NCBI RefSeq assembly: GCF_011745625.1
Contig: NW_027191452.1
Location: 558,001-622,000 of the forward strand
Source: Cladosporium halotolerans
Lineage: Eukaryota
Length of the DNA: 64,000 nt
Direction of reading: 5' to 3'
In this document: positions 47,776 through 57,648 of the stretch, in pieces
Numbering within the stretch: the stretch's first letter is position 1
Layout: each line of letters begins with the position of its first letter
Notes under the pieces: generated by a model
What the model was told of the DNA's origin: nothing
The model's database searches: none
What the model saw: the letters and a program-made list of their open reading frames with translations, nothing else
Translations under genes and position numbers: made by a program

Positions 47776-48139
47776 ATCTCCAGTCGGCTCCGGCAGGTGT
47801 ATCAAAAAGTTCAGTTCAATATTGCTCGAATCGATCGGTCGGCGCTAGTCGAAAGGCCGAATCGCATTAAGAGAAAAGTTGTAAGGCGTAGAAGACTTCA
47901 AAAGCTCCATGCATGCTGAGTGGTGAGGTTGGCGCGCGACATGTTCCTCCACCTATATTCACAGCGCTGGCGGTGTTTCGGTCGCGCATCGACGCGCTTC
48001 AAAGCTCATGGCTGGAGAGGGAGCGCGCGCGCTCGGACCAAGCGGCGGAAGCGTTCCTGCTTGGCCGACATCCAATGCTTCGCGACTTCACGGTAGCAAG
48101 GCGGACAGCACCTCGCCGGTATCTCACACACAGCACAAG

Positions 48140-48625
48140 ATGACCGTCACCGAAACCCTCAAAGATGCAGTCGGCCTCGGCCATGGCGGCCCCAGCACCC
48201 GTATGTGCCAGATCCACCTCTATCTTTCGCTAAGGCGCCGAGCGCATACACGGACGACTCTTCTTGCACCTCGGCGGCGACCTCAAGGCCGTATTCGGGG
48301 CGTATGCTAATCTATTTGCAGCCGCAACAAGGCAGGAGATGTCCGACGCCAAGCTGCCTCTTGCATACCGCGACTCCTGCGCCCACCTCCTCATTCCTCT
48401 GAACAAATGCCGCCCCGCGAACTGGTACCTGCCCTGGAAGTGCGAGGTACGATGATTCACGACCGCAGAACGGCGTTACGATGCCCGCGGAGTTCGAAGT
48501 GGTGCTAATGTCGCGGGCAGGACGAGAGGCATTCATACGAGAAGTGCCAATACGAGGAGTTCAAGCTGAGAGTGAAGAAGATGGAGGAGCTGAAGGCACA
48601 GAACCCCGGCCAGAGGAGTAACTGA
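48140..48625 (+). CDS. NDUFB7: Complex I accessory subunit B18 (NDUFB7/NB8M)
   Basis: Two introns. ATRQEMSDAKLPLAYRDSCAHLLIPLNKCR...YLPWKCE|DERHSYEKCQYEEFKLRV (twin CX9C motif). Confidence 0.93.
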
Positions 48626-48780
48626 GAAATAGATGGAGGGCAAGGAGCAAGAGGCAAGCAAAGCCAGAAACTACAGAATTTCATGATGTGGCTGTTGTAC
48701 ATACTACCAAGAAGGGTCCGGGAAATGATTATACCATGTTTGTGCCACCTTCATCCGAGCATCAAAGCTTCCGGGTTGTC

Positions 48781-50561
48781 TCACGCCTCAGATGGAGCAG
48801 AGCTCTCGCTCTCGAATCGCTTCGCCGGCTCGCTCGAGTCACCAGCATCGCCCTCGTCGCGCTTACGCTTCCCGAGCAGATCCTCACCAATTCTGGTGGC
48901 AAGCTGAGTCTGGCCATCTCCAAGCGTCCCCGGCTCCAAAATTTCAGCATCAGCTGCTACCGCCGGCACCGATCCACTGTCACCTGGGGCAGTCCACTGA
49001 GAGGCGTCATAACCCGGCATTTCAAAATCGCCCGCGCCAAGCTCAGATCTAGCTTCGTCCTGGCCAAAATCGAAGTTCTGCTGTTCCTGAGTGAGCTCGC
49101 CAGCGTCAAAATTGAGGTCCTGGCTGGCGTAGTCTTGCAGCCCAGCCATGAGATCGTTCAACTCAGGCTGCTGCGCGGCGACATTGTCAGGTTCGGCGGT
49201 GGTTTCGACGGTCTGATGTTCTGTGAGATCGGCTTGATGATTCTGCTTCTTCTCGGCCGGCTGGGCAGTCGAATCGCTGGTCCTGAACAGTCTGCGTCTG
49301 CCTTGGAATGTACGCCTGACACTCTGAGGAGCCTCGTCCCTCCCGTCCGGCAGCAAGCCTCTCGCGGAGTACATCGGCGGCATGTACTCGAACTTGCGCT
49401 GCTCGAACGGGATCGCCTCCTCTTCCAGCCTGGTGCGGCTCTTGTAGTGCTCGTTGATCCTGCCGTTGGGCAAGGTCGCTTCCTCCCTCTCGCGCTCTCT
49501 GGTGCGGATGCGTTCGTTGTGTGCCTTGATGCGGTCGTCCCAGTTGACGCCGGTCTTTTCCTGGAAAGCCTTGCGGAAGAGGCGGAAGGCCGTCTCAAGG
49601 TTGGTCTGAGGCGGTTCGAGGACATTGTTGCGGGGCTGCTTGCCTGTGCCGGCGAAGTGGAAGTTGCAGGCGTAGTGCTTGTTCTGGTCGTCGTTGGACT
49701 CGAAGATCTGGCATTCTCAGGTCAGTGCTATGCTCAAGCGCAAGTTATGGACGCCCCTAAGGTGGCTCACCGTCAGGATGACACGCTCGTTGGTGTTGGA
49801 GTAGATGTTCACCTTCGTGAGGATGACATCGTACTCGAACCCAGTCGAGTCCTTATAGACATGGTGAGATTCTGTGGGACACCGTCAGCTCTGCTCGTCC
49901 ATCAATCACCATCCAGCCGCCGCCCAAACTCACCAGTAAACTCCAGGCCCCTGCCCATCTTCGCCGTCTTCCGCATCGCAGCCGCATGCTCCTTACGCTT
50001 CTGCTCCTGCACCTTCTTCTCCGCCTCCCTGCGGACAGCCTCCGCCCTCTCCACCTCCCTCCTCACCCTCTCCTCGCCCTCAATCCTCGCCTCGAGCGCC
50101 CTCCTCGCCCGCTCGTCGACAAACTGCTCCGTCGACTCCTGGAACACCTCGCCCATCATAGACCCAAACCCCCTGCCCTCCTCGCGCCCCTCCTCTCCAT
50201 CCCCGCCCTCGGCATCCCCACGCTTCTTCTTCCCTCTCCCCTCCGCCCTCTCCCACAAAAACTCCTTGACGGGGAACTTCTTCTGCGCCTCCAGACACTC
50301 CTCCAACCACTCCGGCATGACGACCAGCACCTTCCCGCCGCGGCCGTTGGCCTCGAGCGCCCTCTCGACGGCGCGCACGCGGCTCCTCCAGGCCTTCTCG
50401 TCGACGACCAGGTGCGTCGTGGCCTCGTCCAGGTCCTTCTGCAGCACGGCGCCGGCGCTGGTCACCCAGCCGGCGATCTTGTCGCGGGTCCAGGAGGGCT
50501 TGGAGGCCCAGGATTGGATGGGGAAGAGGATGTGGATGTGGGTTTTGGCGAGGGGCTTCAT
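48781..50561 (-). CDS. BRCT + WGR-like domain protein (551 aa), no PARP catalytic domain
   Basis: Exons 50561-49934, 49871-49771 and 49707-48781 are in frame. BRCT-like (TTHLVV...VVMPEWLEECL) and WGR-like (HVYKDSTGFEYDVILTKVNI...FRKAFQEKTGVNWDDR) regions, then an acidic tail. Confidence 0.8.
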
Positions 50562-50650
50562 GGTTGCTGTTGTGTGTGAGGGGGTTGAGGTGGTGGTTGT
50601 GGTGGGAGTGGGGAGAGAAGGAGAGGGAGGAAGGGGGGTGGGGGAAGGGG

Positions 50651-50658
50651 TTTATATA
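50651..50658 (-). promoter_or_regulatory. TATA box of the BRCT-WGR gene
   Basis: TATATAAA on the minus strand ~90 bp upstream of the ATG, followed by a CT-rich leader. Confidence 0.55.
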
Positions 50659-50739
50659 GGCGGCGGGTGCTGGGGGAGCATGTGATGGTGTCCTGGTTGG
50701 TGGCATGTGAGATGAGCTTCAGTCGCTCGAGTGAAGCGA

Positions 50740-51455
50740 ATCCACGTCGCTGAGTGAGCTTGTCGGCAGCAGGCATGTAACTCGGGCTAAGCCAGGTTCT
50801 CAGCGAGAAGATCACCTTTAGGTAGTCTAGGGGGGATAGTAGTACCGTAACATATTTTATTTAATCGGGGATAGCTACTATAATCGATTCTAAAGAAGCC
50901 TCTCCCTAACCGAAATCGACCTTGGCGGTACTACTATCCCCCATAAGATTTGGAAATGTGATATCCACCAGAGAGAGGAGGCGATAGATTCACTTCGCTG
51001 AGTGAGCTTGTCGCCAGCAGGCATGTGACTCGAGCTGAAGGACGTTCTCCGTGGGAAGATCACCTTTGGGCAGTCTATAGGCGATAGTAGTACGGTATCA
51101 AATTTATCTATGTCAGGGATGGCAAATTTAACAGCCTCTCTCTGGACGAAATCGACCTAAGAGGTGCTACCACCTCCCATAAGATTTGGAAATGTAATAT
51201 TTACCAGAGAGAGGGAGAGATAGATTCACGTCGCTAAGTGAGCTTGTCGCTAGCACGTATGTGACTCGAGTTAAAGTACGTCCTCCGTGGGAAGGTCACC
51301 GTTGGGAGGTCTAGGGGTGATGGTAGTACGGTAAAATGTTTATATCAGGGATGGATATAAGAAGCCTCTCTCCTAATCGAAATCGAGCTTGAAGGTGCTA
51401 CCATCTCCCATAGAGATTGGGAATGTGATATTCACCATGCAGAAAGGGAGAGGGA
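50740..51455. repeat. Three diverged ~235-250 bp tandem units, each with an internal inverted repeat; RIP-like divergence
   Basis: Units start at ~50740, 50988 and 51224. Shared blocks CGCTRAGTGAGCTTGTCG, GAAGRTCACC, CGAAATCGA and GATT(T)GG(G/A)AATGTRATAT. Perfect 17-bp IR in unit 1 (50831-50847 / 50926-50942). Confidence 0.92.
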
Positions 51456-51783
51456 GGACCATGCGACAGACTGCATCACAAGACAGCGTGCTCCCGTGCT
51501 CAATTGCTCTATTATCTGGTACTACCTCGTGATTCTGAAACCTTGCCAGCGTTTGCCGCGCCGTGCCGTTCAATCTCCTCCTGTCCTCCGTATCGCATCT
51601 GCGACGTCCATTGACGTTCGTGGCGCTCAGTGAGGGCCTTACGAGGTCTATGGGTTGTATGCGGCAGGTGTTTTGCCATGCGAGTCAAGCTGCAGAGATG
51701 CTGCAGCCATCATGCTTAGTGTATTCGATGCTTTATGCATATGAGTGAGTTTTTTACATGATTAAACTTCTTCACTCTCGTCA

Positions 51784-53259
51784 TCAGCCAAAGCCATTTT
51801 GCACATGCGTGTGGCTGGGCCGATCCAGCTCGGACAGCAAAAAGTCGCTGTAAGCCACCGGGTCCGTCGTGTCGGGCATGTCAAAGTTGTGATCGAAGCC
51901 GTTCATCGAATGATGCTGAGGAGGTGAAGACATCATGTGCATGCCCATCGGTTGTTGCTGTGGGTGCTGTGCCGGGAAGCCGAAGTCGACCGACTGCTGA
52001 TGTGCGATGCCTTGGCTGTGGCCGTTCGTCGGGAATTGTGCCATTGGAGCTTGTGGTTGCATGATGGGCGGAGGCTGAGGTCCCTGCCGCGCGTGTTTCC
52101 GTCCACAACATTGGGCCCAGCTGGTTGTGCCGAAGTTCTGCATAACGGGAGGGCAGTTACGGCAGGTACAGCCGTTCAGACCGCACTTCTGACAAATGGC
52201 GCCCGGGTATTGATATGCCTGGTATTCTTGTGTCCAACGTTCGAAATTGAACGTTGGCTGTACATAGGGTTGCTCGAAAGATGGTTGGGTGAGAGCGGGC
52301 TCAAACGGGTTGACGTGTGTGTTTTGCATGAATGGGTCTCCAAGAGAAAAGTCTTGCGGTCCATCAAGCGGTGCTTCAGACGACTGGCAACATGAATTCT
52401 CCTCGATTTCCATTTCAGGCTCCTGATAGTGAGGTAATTGTGTAGCAGGTCCGCCACCACAGCAAGAGGACTTCTCCGCTTGTTGGTATGAAGTCGGTGT
52501 GCCGTAGTCCGTGGGCGCTGCCGATGTCGTGGCGCTCCAATTGAGGGTCTCCGGTGCAGCACTATAGTCCCTAGGCGGAGCAGGCGCATTGCTGTTCCAG
52601 GACAGAGCATCGGGATGAGGGCTTTCCACAGGCCCCATTGGTCCTCCAATGCCCATGTATCCGAAGCGGGCGGTGACACCAGACGACTTCGGCGACATCA
52701 TGTCGCTGTACGGCGTGGGAGGGAACGACATCTGCTGCTGTGGTTGCGGCTGCTGAGCCTGAGGGCCAGGTGTACCGCAACAGCTAGACACTCGTTGCGG
52801 CATGCTTTCGGGGAAATAGGCCGGCGTGCTGGGCATAGTCATAGGCGTCGGCGCAGTCTGTCCGCCCTCGAGCACTTCTCGCGAAGGGAAGAAGTTGATG
52901 GTCGGCTTCTGCAGCTGGAACAGCGAGTCCCAGTGCTCCGGCTCGAGCAAGCAGCAGAACCTGCCCTGCTCATCGCAGCGACAATCGCTCGAGCGCTTCT
53001 CGCCTTTCTTCGACTTGTGCGGGCACTTGGGGATGGCGGTCACGCATTTGCAGCCGCCAGTCGCTCCGTAGCGGCACGTGCACGAATTCGACGGTCGACC
53101 AGGCCGCTTCACGGTCCAGAAGATTTTCTGCCGGCACACCGGGATGCCGCAGGACGTCGTGCGATGGCCGCGGATGCAGGACATGCAGGCGATTTTGCAG
53201 ACCTGGTTTGTGCGGGCGTCGATGACCTCGATGGTCTTGAACGGCTTGTCCTGGTCCAT
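51784..53259 (-). CDS. Copper-fist (Ace1/Mac1/Haa1-type DNA-binding domain) Cys-rich transcription factor
   Basis: KIACMSCIRGHRTTSC...KRPGRPSNSC, multiple CXC/CC motifs, C-terminal CQKCGLNGCTCRNC and a Q/P-rich activation-like region. Confidence 0.8.
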   Translation of the reverse strand: MDQDKPFKTIEVIDARTNQVCKIACMSCIRGHRTTSCGIPVCRQKIFWTVKRPGRPSNSCTCRYGATGGCKCVTAIPKCPHKSKKGEKRSSDCRCDEQGRFCCLLEPEHWDSLFQLQKPTINFFPSREVLEGGQTAPTPMTMPSTPAYFPESMPQRVSSCCGTPGPQAQQPQPQQQMSFPPTPYSDMMSPKSSGVTARFGYMGIGGPMGPVESPHPDALSWNSNAPAPPRDYSAAPETLNWSATTSAAPTDYGTPTSYQQAEKSSCCGGGPATQLPHYQEPEMEIEENSCCQSSEAPLDGPQDFSLGDPFMQNTHVNPFEPALTQPSFEQPYVQPTFNFERWTQEYQAYQYPGAICQKCGLNGCTCRNCPPVMQNFGTTSWAQCCGRKHARQGPQPPPIMQPQAPMAQFPTNGHSQGIAHQQSVDFGFPAQHPQQQPMGMHMMSSPPQHHSMNGFDHNFDMPDTTDPVAYSDFLLSELDRPSHTHVQNGFG

Positions 53260-54134
53260 GGCGCCGGGGTGGTGCTGAGGAGTGCTTGCAGTGCCGAGCC
53301 GTGTGTAGCCTGCTCTTCATCAGCCATCGTGTTCCCACGCGGGCCGGTAGTCGGAAAGGGCGAAGGTGAGGCAGGACGAGGCGCAAATCACATGACAAGG
53401 GACGAGGTGGCGAGCAGCGTCCGGTGAGCAGCACGCGATTGCGAGTGAGAAAACGTGGAAGTGAAGGTTTCGCAAAAGGCAGAGGTCGAGAGAGACGGCA
53501 TGACGTATCGGGAGAAAGAGACGCACCTTCGCCTGTGTTCGCTTGGGCAGTCAGCTCTTGCCAGTGAGCAAGTTTCCATGCACCAAGCCGCTCGGGCCAG
53601 GCAGGGCGGAGAGGGCGGCGGGCGGCGGGCGGAGGGGCGCAATGGCGGCGGCGGCGGAGGAGGAAGGGGAGGGCGCGCGCGAAGGCATCCGGTGCAGTCG
53701 CGCCACCGAGGTCGACGGAGGGCAGAGGCGCAGAGGGGCAGAGGGGCGGAGGGAGCAGGTGGCCGCCCTCGACCGGCCGAATGGTGTGAAGTTGCAGTCA
53801 GCACCGCGACGCCAGCAGCCTCAGGGCCGGGTGGAGCCCTGCATGCGAGCTAGACATTCTCCCGCACGCCAGCCCAGAACCTTGTTTCGCGAGCAGATCA
53901 AGCGTTTTTGATAACACCCGCCCATCAATCGCACTGATCTGGCCGCCTCCCTGAGACGCCGGCGATCCCTCCTGTCCCTGGCCCGCCTTGGTACTGTCCT
54001 GTGCTACACGGCCTTACCCCTCATACCTCGGCTTACAGACATCGCCACGCACGTGGGCGGCAGCACCCTCGCAAAACCCTTTCCGCCGCAGGGTTCCGTT
54101 CGTACCGAGCGCCTGGACTCCGCCGAAAATACTC

Positions 54135-55074
54135 ATGTCGGACACGCACAGCGACGACGAGGGCGAGCTGGGCATCTTCGCCGAGCCCGCCGCCTACTAC
54201 CAGCCCGAGAAGCAGCCCACCTTCGCCAGCCATGAAATGCAGGACGGCAAGGAGCTGAGGCTGCGCATGGTCGGGCACAATCCGTTGTGGGTGAGTGCTT
54301 CGACCGTCTGATGAATTCCTCGTCTATTGGCTGGCTGTGCGCCATCAAGGTGTCTATAGTGTGACTCGTCTAACTTGCTCTTATGTCCCAACAGGGCCAT
54401 CTGCTATGGAACGCCGGTCGCACCCTTGCGACCTATCTTGAAGACAACGCAAGCTCTCTCATTCGTGGCAAAACAGTCCTGGAGCTCGGCGCGGGCGCAG
54501 GCCTTCCAAGCCTGGTCAGTGCGATAAGCGGAGCAGGCCATGTTGTCGTTACAGACTACCCCGACGCCGAACTCGTCGAGAACCTCCAATGGAACGTCGA
54601 TCATTGCGAGCTCCTTCCTCAGCCGCGGAACATAGAGGCCAAGGGCTATCTCTGGGGCGCAGAGACTGAGAATTTGACATCAGGTCTGCCTAACGGGCAG
54701 TCTGCTTTCGACGTGCTCATCCTCGCGGACTTGTTGTTCAACCACTCTGAGCACCAAAAACTGGTAGCGACCGTGCAGAAGATGTTGAGGCGCACCTCCG
54801 ACGCGCAGGCGCTGGTGTTCTTCACACCGTACAGGCCGTGGCTTTACCAGAACGACCTCGCCTTTTTCGACCTGGCCAAAGAAGCGGGCTTTGAGGTTGA
54901 GAAATTCTTCGAGCACGTCATGGAGAAAGTGATGTTTGAGGAAGATCCGGGTGTGAGTTGACTGCCGTGCATTTGGTACCTGACTTCAGATGCTGATCTT
55001 TTGACCAGGATGAGCTGCTTCGTCGGACGGTGTTTGGATACCGCGTCACATGGGCAAAAGACCAACTGCCGTAA
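54135..55074 (+). CDS. NNT1: Protein N-terminal/lysine methyltransferase Nnt1/Efm7
   Basis: LRMVGHNPLW|GHLLWNAG, SAM motif VLELGAGAGLPS, TDYPD, LILADLLFNH and FFTPYRP; MFEEDPG|DELLRRTVFGY. Two introns. Confidence 0.92.
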
Positions 55075-55320
55075 TTTGGCAGATTTTGTTGACGACTCAA
55101 AATCCAGACCTCAATCTTCTTCGTAACAAGGCTCATCTGAAAATTCTCGGTGTGGCGATATGAGCCCGACGGACTCTGATATGGAGGCACAGACTATGTG
55201 TGTGCACTTCATTTGACGATACTCTCTGGCGAGCGGCCTAGCCAGCCGTCGTGGCACCATCAGTTCGTCATCCGCGGATGGGTCCTGGATGATGACCACA
55301 GAGGTAGGGGCGCAGCTCCG

Positions 55321-56789
55321 TCACCTACGCTCAAACGCGCCCGGCGCCACGGTCAACACCACCACCAGACTCGCCACGATCAGCGCAAAGGTCAGCAGCG
55401 ACACCAAGAATATGCTGCCTCTCGACGCAGGAAATTTGCCGCGGATCACATAGTGCTGGCTTTCGAAGTATCTGTGGAAACCGAGCAGGAGAATCAGGAT
55501 AGCTGGAAGATCTATTAGCACGTTTTGAAAAATACATCAAGCATGGGTCCACGGGGAATCGGCCTGAGCATAGTGAACTTACATATCCCGAGAAACGTCG
55601 CGCCGAGCGGTTTACCCACGTGCCTGAGCTTCTGCTGCGGCTCGGCGTTCGAAAGTAGCAGCTCGAACATTGAAAGTGAAGAAGTGTCCACCTCCTTCTC
55701 TGCGTTCTGCAAAGAAGTGTTGAGTCTGAACAGTTGCGTGACCGCCACGCCGATGCTCGCAAAAGCGAGCGAGGTGCGCAGCCATGCGAGGAAAGTACGT
55801 TCTGCATTCAGATTAGCTTCTCCTCGCATTCGTTGGCCACATTGTAAACTTCACATACCTAAAGCGAGGTGATCGCGAGCGACACTCCCCTTGTTCTCCA
55901 GCTCCACACTGCCATACTTTTCGGCCATACGCTTCCACCACGCCTCGTGCTCCTCGCTCGCGTCACGTCCCGGAGCGCCGTCGGCCTGGTCTGCATTGGC
56001 GGAAGTTCCATTGCCTGGTCGAACCTTGACGCCCGCCGTCTTCCTCCGTCTGGGGCCGTCCTCCTCAGCCGCGCCCTCGTAGCCCGCGGCAGCCACGTCG
56101 TCCGCTCCGTTCGATTGTCTCACGTCGCCACCAGTCGCTCCGTAGTCGCGCGGCGAGACCCGCTTGAAGATCGCCGTGCCCTCGTCGGCGCTGCTCTCGA
56201 GGTCGTCGTACGGTCTCCGGGTGGCCGCGTGCGGGCTCTCGCTGGGCGTGAGACGGGACATGGCGGGGTTGTTGTAGGACCCTTGCCGTTTGGCCCGAGG
56301 GTGGCTGGTCAGAGCAGTGAACGAGACGGTGCTGCCGCGCTCGAAGGGTTGTGGTTTCTCGGTGCCGAAAGCCGGTGCTGGTTTGCGAGGCGACGAGCCG
56401 GAGGCATAGGGCTCGCTGGGGTGGCCTTCCGTCTGCGTCTCGAAGGGCGTGTCTCTCTTCTCGGTGGTGCTTGACCTCGTGGCCGGGGGACTGGTGGACC
56501 TTGCAGGGCTGGCGGTGCCTAGGCCGAGACACTCGACTCGCCGGCCGCTGCTGCCACTGCTCCTGCGGCTTGCCTTACCAGCTTGCGGAAGTTCACGAAC
56601 GCTCTCCGGCGAGCCGCTTACTGGGGGAGGCAACGAAGGCCTGCTTAGATTTGCGTGAGTGCGTTGTGCCGGGTCGGCAGGACCAGCTCTCGGTGTGGTG
56701 AGGGAGTCGTCGGAGTCCTCAGAATGTGGGACGGACGACTGTGTCTCGGACGGAGCCGAATGGGAGACGGGAGAGCATGGCAGCGGCAT
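55321..56789 (-). CDS. DUF202 (YidH/Vtc1-like) membrane protein with a long disordered N-terminus
   Basis: [46 protein letters not shown]...[11 protein letters not shown]|...[23 protein letters not shown]. Two introns. Confidence 0.9.
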
Positions 56790-57648
56790 GGTGGCTGACT
56801 ACGCCGCTAATCTATAACTTCTGATGCGCCTAGAGTCCGGCGACCTGGTAGTGGCGTGTTTGAGGGGCTGCCGTGTATCTGAGAGCTAAAGAAAGCTTAA
56901 CGGTCGGGATGGCGGCTCTGCTGGTATCGACTGATGGTGTGATTCGATGCCGAGCAGGGGGGCTTGCCGCTCAAAGTGCAGGTCGACGAGGTGCGGTACA
57001 GGAACCAAGAAGGTTTCGAGCTTCGGTCCCAGGGATGGAAATCACGGCGATTCCTGTGCGTAAGGCGAACACACACGTGTCGAGGCACGGACGCGTCGTC
57101 GCTCAGCGGCCGGAGCGTCGTTCGGTGAAGAAGCGGTACCAGGAGGATTCGAGCAGTCCCACCACCGCAGCCGATGACATCTTCGGCAAGGGCAGGCCTC
57201 ACAAGAGCAGATCGAGGGGCGCAGGTACGCGAGAGGTGAGAGATGGCGAAGGCGGTGGAGGTGATTGCGTGCTTGTCGACTGCTTTGGCTTTAGCTTTAG
57301 AACCGAAGGCCTTGTGATCAAAGCGCCAGCTCCGGTGGGGGCAGATCTCGGCGTGGGGTAGAAGATAGCCGCGTGTAATCTCTTATACAAGCGATCGCCT
57401 TTCGAGGTAATGTACCAAGTACTTGGCCTTTCTCATAGCAGCGGATGAACGGCAGAAATAGTCGCTGAAGTTGACAATGACAGCAGAAACGTGAGATCAA
57501 TAAGCGCGAACATGAAAATAACATTGTGGTATCATAACTATGTGAACCAAGTCCACGTCAACTCTGCTGAGCAAAGCAAAAACATTCACGCATTTGTACG
57601 GCATATCCATGAGCCGACGAGACGATGCCTGGTAGGCGCTTGTCGTGT

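Noticed and set aside
48688..50685. 665-aa plus-strand ORF
   Set aside because: Antisense shadow of the spliced BRCT-WGR gene. It has a GTG start, L/S/V-rich composition and no recognisable motif.
50740..51455. Hammerhead ribozyme, CRISPR array or H/ACA snoRNA interpretation of the tandem units
   Set aside because: CTGAGTGA is not followed by stem II-GAAA, and the conserved CGAAA lacks an upstream CUGANGA. There are no short identical repeats with unique spacers, and the host is a eukaryote. The ANANNA-like ATAAGA is absent in unit 3.
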